Source of the DNA: Azolla caroliniana
Lineage: Eukaryota; Plantae; Polypodiophyta
Length of the DNA: 64,000 bases
Direction: 5' to 3'
Assembly: GCA_043228905.1 (NCBI GenBank)
Contig: JBHGNT010000008.1
Coordinates: 16,120,001-16,184,000 of the forward strand
The translations under genes were made by a program, and so were the position numbers. The notes under the pieces are model-generated. The model searched no databases and was not told the DNA's origin. It saw only the letters and a program-made list of their open reading frames with translations. Shown here one piece after another: positions 23,854 through 33,921 of this stretch (position 1 is the stretch's first letter; each line of letters opens with the position of its first letter).

Positions 23854-26079
23854 TCACTCGGTTTCACACCGTAGCCGAAAATCGTCACGACATCCACCCC
23901 CACCAAACCCGCACATCCTCCGGTATGTGCCGAGAAAGGTGAAGAGGTGAGATCTTTGGCAACGGTGATCAACCGAGTTCCTCTGCACGCTCGTCGACTT
24001 CGTCTTCCACTTCGAGTATGCGCAATCTTTCCAACCGAACCACCGTAGCCACCCGATCCACCATATCCGGCGCTCACACCTTCTTCCCCGATCGGTTGTA
24101 GTAGATCTACCGAACGATGCCGTCGATACGACCGCTCTTCCTTCATCCACCGCGCGTCTCCTTCGATTGGACTCCTGACCACTCCTCACGCTCACCGTCT
24201 TCAACTGGGTATTGTAGATCGTTCGTGTCGATCTCCGATTAGGCCGGGTTTGCCCTTGTCCGGATCGGTCTCCACCGATCGCTTCTTGGCTTGGTTGGCC
24301 TTCGTCTGCATTCACATTTCGCCGAGTCGGGCTCGACCGATTGATTCTGGCTGGATCGGCCCCCTTCTGGATCGGAATCGTCCGATCGATTTTCGCCGAA
24401 TCAGGTTTCGGCCGGGTCGGCCCCGGTCGATCGGCTCCCATGTGGATCTTCCTTCGTTCGGGTCGGAATCCCGACCGGATCGTCTTCCGGTTCAACCGGT
24501 TCTCGACTCTTCCTTCCTTCCTGCATGCAACCTCTCCATCGAACTCAACCGCAGCTTCATCCTTGGCCTCCACGTCGGCCATATCCTTCCCTCTGTGTAT
24601 GCTCGCCTCGAGCCATATTGTCTCCTCTTCGCCACCTCCTTTATCTTCGGTCTTATGTCGACACACGGTCTCGACTGCCGAAGTCTCCGGAACCAGTGTG
24701 AAGGAATCCCTTCGTTCATTTACATTTACCTTGTCTTCTTCATCGCCCTTCCGGTCGTCCTCTTTTTTGTCCACACATTCTGTCTCTCCGGTCTCACGTT
24801 GGTGCACGTGCACAACCGCCGAAGTCTCTAGAATAGGTGTGGGGATATCCTTTCTTCCTCGATCTTCTTCCTCTTTGTGTTGGGCCTTTGTCTTCCCGTC
24901 ACCACCTTCCGTCTCTCCGGTCTCACGTTGGCACATGGGTGCAACCGCCGAAGTCTCTGGAACAATCGTGGAGAAAGTCTTGACATGGCTATCCGTTGTC
25001 GACTCGTCCATAGCCACCTCCGACTCGATGTCGTTTGTCATGGCTACCTCCTCAATCTCTTCAGACTCAAACACTTTTTCTCCCTCGATCATGCAAGCTT
25101 TTCTCATGCTTGCGCCGTCATCACCCGATGTTTCGTACACAATGCGTGTTCCAAAACATTTATCCTCCCTCGAAGTGGCGTTCGCCGTCCTCGAGTCATC
25201 GGCCTCCTCCTTCGCCGTCGTTTCTTTGTAAGACAAGAAGGTGACTTCTTTCACACCTTCTCTCTCGGTACCGTCATACCGAACCAGAGCCTTTGTATCG
25301 GCCACTTCATTAACCCGCATTTGTTGGGAGGTCTCTTCTTCCTCGATCACCATTCGCCTCGGTTTTGTCTCCCTTCTAAGCTTCATTTCTTTTGTTGGTG
25401 GTGCGTTGTTGCATCTCGTCCCTCTTCGATCGTCCCTCATGGGCCGTCTTGTTGTCGTCGATATTCTCACTTGCCCCTTATCGTGTAGTCGGCATACACT
25501 TTCCACTTTGCCCCAATCCTCGATGAGGCCATTTGCACCATCATCTTCTTCGAGTTTGAGGCCGATCGCCATCCTTTCCATTCGATCGATTGACTTCACG
25601 AACATAAGGACCTTATCGACCCCCACCAATCTTTGTTCCCGCTCCGACAATTGAGAAAAATGATGCTCGAAGTCTACGAATGCTTGTGTCGCACCTTGGT
25701 GGGTCTTCGCTGATGTCACCCATTGGTCGAAGTTGTGTCGATCTTGTCCCTTCAGTCTCTCATAGCCATATTCCTCCAATAGAGCCTTCTCGAAAGTCGC
25801 CCACGAATCATGAGCTTCTAGAAGCTTTGTTACATCTTTGAAGATCGGTTGAGACACCACCCGACAAAAGTACTCTAGCCTCATAGCTTTGTCCACACCT
25901 CTTGAATCCATCTCCGCATTGTAGACTTTTAGGAAACTTTGGACTTCGGCACCGTTGAAATAGCTCATTCGTTCGACTACCTTGTCGACGGCTTGTTGGG
26001 CTTCATTTCTTCTTTTCCCTTCTATCAGAAACTCCATCATCCTTTTTGACATTGCCTCCATGAGATATTCGACATCCAT
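23854..26079 (-). CDS. 741-aa ORF: Gag capsid-like N-terminus plus acidic/charged repetitive tail; no PR, RT, RH or INT
   Basis: N-terminus (FNGAEVQSFLKVYNAEM...DKVLMFVKSID) aligns by eye with D Gag (FNGKDVSRYLQDYKAEM...DKVIMFLRAV). Repeats of the form PETSAV..QRETGETE. Confidence 0.8.
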   Translation of the reverse strand: MDVEYLMEAMSKRMMEFLIEGKRRNEAQQAVDKVVERMSYFNGAEVQSFLKVYNAEMDSRGVDKAMRLEYFCRVVSQPIFKDVTKLLEAHDSWATFEKALLEEYGYERLKGQDRHNFDQWVTSAKTHQGATQAFVDFEHHFSQLSEREQRLVGVDKVLMFVKSIDRMERMAIGLKLEEDDGANGLIEDWGKVESVCRLHDKGQVRISTTTRRPMRDDRRGTRCNNAPPTKEMKLRRETKPRRMVIEEEETSQQMRVNEVADTKALVRYDGTEREGVKEVTFLSYKETTAKEEADDSRTANATSREDKCFGTRIVYETSGDDGASMRKACMIEGEKVFESEEIEEVAMTNDIESEVAMDESTTDSHVKTFSTIVPETSAVAPMCQRETGETEGGDGKTKAQHKEEEDRGRKDIPTPILETSAVVHVHQRETGETECVDKKEDDRKGDEEDKVNVNERRDSFTLVPETSAVETVCRHKTEDKGGGEEETIWLEASIHRGKDMADVEAKDEAAVEFDGEVACRKEGRVENRLNRKTIRSGFRPERRKIHMGADRPGPTRPKPDSAKIDRTIPIQKGADPARINRSSPTRRNVNADEGQPSQEAIGGDRSGQGQTRPNRRSTRTIYNTQLKTVSVRSGQESNRRRRAVDEGRAVVSTASFGRSTTTDRGRRCERRIWWIGWLRWFGWKDCAYSKWKTKSTSVQRNSVDHRCQRSHLFTFLGTYRRMCGFGGGGCRDDFRLRCETE

Positions 26080-26100
26080 CTTCGTCCTCCCCTGTTGCTC

Positions 26101-26118
26101 TTCACGTCGGGTTCACCA
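26101..26118 (-). promoter_or_regulatory. PBS complementary to the 3' end of plant cytosolic tRNA-Trp (element I)
   Basis: Plus strand TTCACGTCGGGTTCACCA matches the tRNA-Trp 3' end as I recall it; 5 nt from the LTR. Confidence 0.8.
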
Positions 26119-29100
26119 AATGATGTCGCGAAGATTCGCGCGTGCGTGTGCTACTCGAGCGACCACCGGGGTCTTGGACTGGGGAGGACGTTCGCGGAAT
26201 TATCGACGCTAGATGACGATCAATGTAAGATTAGACGGAATTTGTTCACTTGAGAAGAAGAAAAATTGTACACTTGAGAAGTAGAAAAATATGAAGAAGA
26301 TAAAGACAAATTTTATATTGATGATAATGGTGTTGGTGATATCACATATTGAGCCCCCCTTACACAAGCCCAACTAGAGGCTTTTATAGGTCTTTCCATG
26401 CTCGTGACATGCACAAAACCATGGGCTAAAACCATGGTTTTGTGCACACGGTTTTGCTTATGTCATGCACAAACCATGGTTTTAGCCCATGGTTTTGTGC
26501 ACATGGTTTTCTATGGTTGTTTCGTCTATAATTTGTATATGAAAAGGAAATACATAAAATCTACACTATATGATAGTTGTCCTAGTGGTAAGGCAATTAT
26601 CTTGTATCTTAGAGGTGCAAGGTTCAAACCTTGCTTGCACCCCTCTGTATGAACTCAAGTGCCACTAGGCTAGGTTTATTTGCTAAGTGCATGTGCAATG
26701 TTGCACATCCTTGGTTTATTCGTCTCACTCGGTTTCACACCGTAGCCGAAAATCGTCACGACACCGTGCCGAAGCACCGGAACTAAACGGGCTGACCGAG
26801 AGGATGAACCGGACCATAATGGAGAGGGTCCGGAGTATGCTAGCGCATGCAAAACTACCCAAGAAGTTTTGGGCTGAGGCATTGTCGACGGCGACATACG
26901 TGATAAACATATCACCCTCAGTACCCTTGGACGGAGACGCGCCACAGAGAGTATGGACCGGTAAGGAAGTGTCCTACCGGCATCTGAAGGTGTTCGGGTG
27001 TCTCGCGTACGTGCATGTAGCAAAGGACCGGAGAGGAAAGTTAGATTCAAAGACCCGGCCATGCATATTCCTGGGTTACGGTGACGATGAGATCGGCTAC
27101 CGAGTGTGGGACCCGGTCGACAAGAAGCTATTCCGGAGTCGAGATATTATCTTCATGGAGGACAAGACGCTCGCCGACTGGGAGTCGGAGAAGAAGATAA
27201 TGAACTCCGAGTCGACCGGTAAGGATCGACTCTACGATGAGCAGACCCAACCGGCGAGAGACCGGTTAGCACTCGAAGAACCAGCCAGATACGGTGAGGA
27301 TACCGAACCGGCAGAAGAAGAAGTAGAGGAAGCCGAGACCGGAACCGGCCTAGACCCTGAATCGGATTCGGATGAAGAGCAAATGGAGGAGCCGGCTACC
27401 GAAGCCCAAAGACGGAGATATCCTCTCAGAGAGAGAAGGCCCCCCCGGAGATTTCCGGATGCAGAGCATGTTCTGCTGACCAATGAAGGGGAGCCGGAAA
27501 GCTTCAAAGAAGCGAAGGATGACACCCACAACCGAAAATGGTTAAGTGCCATGCAGGACGAGATGGATTCCCTGCATGAGAACCATACGTACGAATTGGT
27601 GGAGTTGCCGAAAGGAAAGCGGGCACTCCGGAACAAGTGGGTGTACAAGTTGAAACCGGGAGATGCCGGAAACCCCCCGAGATACAAAGCCAAGATCGTG
27701 GTGAAGGGGTTCCAGCAGAAGAAGGGAATGGACTTCGACGAGATATTTGCCCCGGTAGTAAAGATGACCTCCATCCGGACGGTGTTGAGTATAGCGGCAA
27801 GCATGGACCTTGAGGTAGAGCAGTTGGACGTGAAGACGACATTCCTTCACGGTGACCTCGAAGAGGAGATCTACATGCAGCAACCGGAAGGATTCGTGGA
27901 GAAAGGGAAGGAGCACCTGGTATGCCGGTTGAAGAAGAGCCTGTACGGACTGAAGCAGGCTCCCCGTCAATGGTACCGGAAGTTCGACTCCTTCATGACC
28001 GATCAAGGGTACCACAAGACGCAGGCCGATCACTGCGTGTTTGTGAAGAAGTTTGAAGGAGGCGACTTCCTGATACTCCTTCTGTACGTGGATGACATGT
28101 TGATCATCGGACGTGACCAAGTCAAAATACGGATGCTGAAGAAGGTTCTCAACCGGACCTTCTCAATGAAAGACTTGGGTCCGGCAAGACAGATGTTGGG
28201 GATGCACATCATCCGGAACCGGTCAGCGAAGCAATTATGGCTGTCACAGGAGAAGTATGTGACAAAGGTGCTTCACTGGTTCAACATGTCAGAAGCGAAA
28301 CCGGTTGGATCGACACTTCCGGCAAACTGCAGGCTATCCGGCAAGCAAAGCCCGAAGACGAAAGCAAAGAAGGCGGATATGATGAAGATCCCATATGCCT
28401 CTGCCGTCGGGAGCTTGATGTAAGCAATGGTTTGTACTCGACCGGATATAGGATACGCAGTCGGAGTGGTGAGCCCGTTCATGAGTAATCCCGACAAGGA
28501 GCACTGGAACGCGGTCAAATGGATACTCCGGTATTTGAAGGGCACTTCAAATATGTGTCTCCGATTCGGCTCCGGAAAACCTCAACTGGACGGTTTCACC
28601 GATTCGGACATGTCGGCTGATGTGGATACCAGCCGGTCTACATCCGGGTATGTGATGACATATGCAGGGGGAGCTGTTTCGTGGCAGTCGAGGTTGCAGA
28701 AGACGGTTGCATTGTCAACCACGGAGGCGGAGTACATGGCAGCGGTGGAGGCCGGCAAGGAAATATTATGGATGAAGGACTTCATCGGAGAGCTCGGTAT
28801 CCGGCAAGAGGAATACCGACTCTATTGCGACAATCAAAGTGCCATCCACCTTGCTAAGAATGCGGCCTACCATTCCCGGACGAAGCATATCCAACGGAGG
28901 TATCACTGGATTCGGGAAAGAGTAGATGACCAGGAGTTTGCACTGACGAAGATTCACACGGCCGAGAACGGATCAGATATGTTGACCAAAGTGCTGACAC
29001 CCGACAAGCTGGATGAATGTCGGAAGAGAATCGGGTTGGTAAGACACCCCATGCCGGAGTGAAGGGGGAGTTTGTTGGGAGACAGGTCCCTCCGGATGGG

Positions 29101-29712
29101 AAGGGAGAAGAACAGTGCTGATGAACGAGCTACGAAGAGCCGGATGAGGAGGACCCGGCTACGAAGAGCCGGATGGTGCAGACCCGGTATGAACCGGATG
29201 AGGAGTACCCGGCTACGGAGAGCCGGATGGTGCAGACCCGGTATGAACCGTATGAAGAGACATATTCGTAACTATGTTTCTGAGAGTCCATCGTGGCTAT
29301 ATTTGTAAATAGCCGAAAAGTCATATTAGTGTAAATATGGCTTAGGGCAAACTTATACTCACTGTTGTTGTTGTCTTTTCTGTTTTTTGCACGAGATTAG
29401 TGTGCGTAACAGTACAGAGAGAGAGAGAGAGAGAGAAAGAGGTCGTTGCCTCTATTGTAACCGCCGCCTGTGGCAAAGATCCGTGAGCACGAGGTCGGTG
29501 CCTCAGTGAACTCACTGTTGTACATTCTTACATAGTGACAGTTTGCAGCTTGTGGGCTGCTGTGGTTTTTCCCCCTAGTTTGGGGTTTTCCACGTAAACG
29601 TCCTGTGTATCTTCCTCTTCTTTGTGTCTTGTTTTATCTTCCGTTTTCTGTGTATCATTCTAAGCTCGGTTGTGGCCGAGCGTTGCGCATAACGAGCGTT
29701 GAGTTCTCGTCA

Positions 29713-30047
29713 AGAGTCTAGCACAGGCCCAACCATGGTGGATCACCACAACCCAGCCATCAAGGTGGTGCTACAAGGGCATGAGATCATGGGATGCATT
29801 GTCGACGGTGGTTCCGGAGTGAATGTGATCATTAAAACCGCATGTAACCACCTCGGTATTAGTGAATGGGAGGCATGGCCATTTTGGCTCCAGATGGTAG
29901 GCACTCGTTCCCTCAAACCATTGGGGTTGGTCCGGAAGCTAAGGATTGTAATTGGCGATCGCACCTTTGAAATTTCCGCCGTTGTGTTGGCTTTGGACGC
30001 TCTAGGGGCATATGCAATCTTGTTAGGAAGACCATGGTTTAGGGTTG
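29713..30047 (+). pseudogene. Orphan fragment of a gypsy (Athila/Tat-like) aspartic protease, between two LTRs of G
   Basis: IVDGGSGVNVI...YAILLGRPWFR; matches no other element in the window. Confidence 0.8.
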
Positions 30048-30678
30048 AACCGGATGGTGCAGACCCGGTATGAACCGGATGAGGAGTACCCGGCTACGTA
30101 GAGCCGGATGGTGCAGACCCGGTATGAACCGGATGAGGAGTACCCGGCTTCGGAGAGCCGGATGATGCAGACCCGGTGAAGACCGAATGAGGAGTACCCA
30201 GCTACGGAGAACCGGATGAAGAGACATATTCGTAAATATGTTTTTTCTGATAGTCCATCGAGGCTATATTTGTAAATAGCCGAAAAGTCATATTAGTATA
30301 AATATGACTTAGGGCAAACTATGAGTTGTAGTAGTTGTCATTTTTCCTTGTTGGTGCAAGAAGAAGAGAGAGTACGTAACGTTGTACAGAGAGAGAGAGA
30401 GAAAGAGGTCGCTGCCTCTGTTGTAACTGCCGCCTGTGGCGAAGATCGTGAGTCCGAGGTCGTTGCCTCCGTGAACTCACTATTTTGTACATTCTTACAT
30501 AGTGATAGTTTGCAGCCTGTGGGCTGCCGTGGTTTTTCCCCTAGTTTGGGGTTTTCCACGTAAACCTCCTGTGTATTTTCTTCTTCTTTGTGTCGCGTCT
30601 TATTTCCCGTTTTTTGTGTATCATTCTAAGCTCGGTTGTGGCCGAGCGTTGCGCATAAGGAACGACCAGTTCCCGTCA

Positions 30679-32072
30679 ATTACTTCCTCGGGATCGAAGT
30701 GATCCGTTCCCCCGAAGGCATATTGATCAGCCAACGTCATTACGTGCTGAGTATGCTCTTCAAATTCGGGATGGCCGACTGTAAGTCCGTCTCGACTCCT
30801 CTGGACAAAACTGTCAAGTTTCGTCCCGATACGGGAAAGGTATGCAACCCGACGAGGTTCCGACAAATTGTCGGAAGCCTCATATACTTGACCATCACCC
30901 GACCCGACCTCAGTTATCCGGTCGGTGTGATCAGTCAGTTCATGGCACGACCTACCAAGGAGCACCTCCAGTGTGCGCAACGCATACTTCGGTATGTCAA
31001 TGGCACTAAGGACCGGGAACTGCTATATCGGACTGATGCAGCCGCGCAGTTAGTCGACTACACTGATGTTGATTGGGCTGGCAATGCCGCCGATCGTTGA
31101 TCCACGTCCGGATACGCGTTCTCCCTAGGGAGTGCCGCGATCGCGTGGAGCAGTAAGAAGCAGCCGATAGTTGTTTTGTCGAGCACCAAAGATGAGTACC
31201 AAGGAGCGGCTGTCACGACATGCGAAGCGATATGGTTGAAGCGGCTACTTAGGGACCTGCAAGAGGAGGTGTCAGATCCGACGACGATCTACTGCGACAA
31301 CCTCAGCAACATCCAACTCGCGAAAAACCCCGTTTTCCACGCACGGACCAAGCACATTGAGGTGCACTACCATTTCGTCCGTGAGCGTGTCCTTTCCGGT
31401 GAGGTCGAACTTCAGTACGTTCCGTCGGATCGGCAGACTGCCGACATCTTCACCAAGCCTCTTGGCCTAGACAAGTTGCGGCAATTCTCAGGTGCGCTTG
31501 GGTTGCGTCACCTCGACGTGCCAAACTTGAGGGGGAGAACAGTCCCGAACGACCAAGCAAGGCAACAGGAAAGGAGTGGAGACCGCGACACCGAGTCGGT
31601 TGACTCGGGTGTCGAGTTCGACTTCGGATCGGCTGAAGAAGCCGAGGGCGGACCCGGGGAAAAGTCCGAAAGCGGACAGAAGGGGAGCAGCCGAAGGAGA
31701 GAGCCGAAGCCAACCACGCATGGGGAAGATGACGCCATCGAGGGCGAGATGACCGAAGACAAGTTGGAGACAGCCAACTCGAACGAGAGCGAAAACCAAT
31801 CGGAGGTAGCCGAGTCGGTTTGGATGTTTGATTCAGATACGCTGAATCAACCGGGGCCCAAGCGGAAGAAAAGGCAACAAGAGAAGCGTCAACACCGCAA
31901 CAGTAGAAGAGTTGATAAGGGCCACATGAGCAAACAAGCCGACCGGAAGGGTCGAAGCGCGCGGAGTCAAACAGGTCGTGGAGCGCGAGCGAGGCGTGAA
32001 GCCAGGAGGAACCAGAGCTGTGAGCCCGAAGATCCTGAAGAGCCTCAAGTTGAGCTTGAGGGGGAGTGTTGA
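30679..32072 (+). pseudogene. Copia B RT-RNase H plus charged C-terminal tail
   Basis: YFLGIEV resumes after the TSD; TRPDLSY; TKHIEVHYHFVRE; ORF ends ELEGEC* inside the 3' LTR. Confidence 0.9.
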
Positions 32073-32521
32073 GAGACAAGCTCAACATCGGCCGGATCGG
32101 CTGAAGAAGCCGAGGACCGGATCGGTTGGGACCGATCAGTTAGGCCGAATGCGTAAACCGGTACGCAGACCGATGCGTAGGTAGAGCCGGATCGGTGTGT
32201 AAACCGGGAGGCCGTTAGGAAAGATATTCCGTGAGGAATATATTTGGGAGTTAGTGTAGGAGCTCTTAATGAGCATTGAAGTACTGTCAGTACTTCGGTC
32301 AGTCCTTCTAGGACTTGTATAAAAGTGTTCATTGAACACACATATGTACAGTGTGGTGAATAGAGATTGTGTACTATTGTTGAATATAGTTCTTGTTTTT
32401 TTTCTCTTTCACTCTCTCTGTCTCTCCCTCGTATACTGCGTAAGCTCAAGCTCTCCATTAAACCTGAGTTTTCTTCCTTCTGTTCGGTCTTCATACTTGC
32501 TTCCGCACGTTACTTTTTACA

Positions 32522-33006
32522 CAGAGCTCCAATGCTTAAAAGAGAAATTTGTAGCACTAGAACAAGAAAATCACCATTTGTTGGGGAACCTTCAACAAAT
32601 AGTGCTGGAAAAACAACAACACGGGGAGCTGACGTTACGTGTACAACAACTTGAAGCGACTATTGTATCACTACAACAACAAGGATCAAGCACTCAAGGG
32701 ATTCACAAAGAACCCAAGATCCGTCTTCCTACAAAATTTGATGGGACCCGATCACAGTTTAGAGGTTTTCTGAATCAGGTACATTTAGTGATTCAAATGC
32801 ATCCTTCTCGATATCCCACTGATGCATCGCGAGTGGGACTAGTAGGCACTCTATTTAGTGGCTCAACATTGGCATGGTTCGCTCCGTTGTTAGAAAAGGA
32901 ATCTCCATTACTAAACAATTTTGAAAAATTTATAAGTGAGTTTAAAGCCTGTTTTGGAAATACTGACAGCATAAGGACAACAATCAACAAAATCCGACGA
33001 TTACGC
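32522..33006 (+). pseudogene. Element C gag, second segment (Sushi/PEG10-like capsid)
   Basis: KEPKIRLPTKFDGTRSQFRGFLNQVHLVIQMHPSRY...AWFAPLLE; continues as RLR|QGD at 39783. Confidence 0.85.
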
Positions 33007-33089
33007 TGTCGTAGTGTAGGTTGCACACTATGTGGAAATTATATTTTTGTCCCTCTGGATAGAAAATGGAGTGCTCGGTGAGAAACGGA

Positions 33090-33228
33090 AGAAAACGGCA
33101 TACCGGCAAGGAGGAAAACGGCATACCGGCAAGGAGGAAAACGGCATACCGGCAGGGAGGAAAACCGGCATACCGGCAAGGAGGAAAACGGCATACCGGC
33201 AAGGAAGAAAACGGCATACCGGCAAGGA
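33090..33228 (+). repeat. 22-bp tandem repeat, about 6 copies, in U3 of the D LTR (second copy about 38986-39124)
   Basis: Unit GAAAACGGCATACCGGCAAGGA. Confidence 0.9.
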
Positions 33229-33278
33229 AGAGCCGGATAAAGAGACATAAATGTAAAAAGAAAGGAAATACTCACTAC

Positions 33279-33350
33279 TGCGCAGGGCATGATTCGAACT
33301 CTGCACCTTCACGTTGGCAAACCCCAACCTTACCATTACATTAACTTATC
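33279..33350 (-). promoter_or_regulatory. tRNA-like Pol III cassette, antisense in U3 of the D LTR (second copy 39175-39246)
   Basis: Minus strand TAATGTAATGGTAAGG...TTGCCAA...GAGTTCGAATC, with a T5 run about 20 nt downstream. Confidence 0.65.
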
Positions 33351-33921
33351 TTAAGTGTTTTAAATATAGATTTAATACGTATAAGACCTTTTATTTATGC
33401 ATACCTTTATTAAAAGGTAAATCGTGTATTTCTTTTAATATATGAAAAAGAAAAACGCGAGACACTAAAAATAACTCATGCACATCTAGCGTGCATGAGC
33501 CCTATACTTAGGAAAAAAAAAAAAGCAACACATGCACATTTAGTGTGCATGAACATATGAGAAAAAGCATGTAGCTACGCTTAGTCTCTCCCATCACTAT
33601 ATAAGGATGGGGAGCACATTGTAGTGGTTGTTGATTTTTTTGGATTAAGAATTAATCAATACAAAAATTATTCGTGGGATTCACGATTTATACATCTACT
33701 TCTCTCTTAACACCCTAAGTACCAATTAATATAGTATACTCGTGTGATTCACGAGTTTCTTATCTTTCTCTTTGCTATTTACTCATAATTAATCTCTATC
33801 TCACGAACTTCTTTCTCCTAGTCCAAGACCTCTGTGGTTCCCACCCGACTCACGCAACGATCCGGAGCCGAAAGGCACGACACAAGTTGGTGAACCCGAC
33901 GTGAAAACGGGTGGCAAGGAG

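Larger units (their letters stand above)
23253..26763 (-). mobile_element. Non-autonomous gypsy-type LTR element I (Gag-like ORF only), very young
   Basis: 640-bp LTRs at 23253-23892 and 26124-26763 with no differences seen by eye. 4-bp TSD CCGT. PBS TGGTGAACCCGACGTGAA (26101-26118, minus). PPT GGTGGGGGTGGA. Confidence 0.93.
21476..29062 (+). pseudogene. G gag-pol, interrupted by element I, with stops and frameshifts
   Basis: KLTGSNYSVWKLKM gag start; PR-INT-RT-RH closely similar to F1/F2; LEFT|VPEAPE rejoined across I. Confidence 0.9.
20791..30678 (+). mobile_element. Ty1/copia element G (Tnt1/Tork-like) in B RT, with a composite 3' end
   Basis: 5' LTR 20791-21458. PBS 21461-21472. TSD ATTAC at 20786-20790 and 30679-30683. 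Sibling-type LTR at 29073-29712. 5'-truncated cognate LTR at about 30050-30678. Confidence 0.9.
5675..32521 (+). mobile_element. Ty1/copia element B (relative of A and H), full length, hosting F1, F2, G and I
   Basis: 455-bp LTRs at 5675-6129 and 32067-32521. TSD CAGAG at 5670-5674 and 32522-32526. PBS TGGTATCAGAGC at 6130. PPT GAGGGGGAG. Confidence 0.95.
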
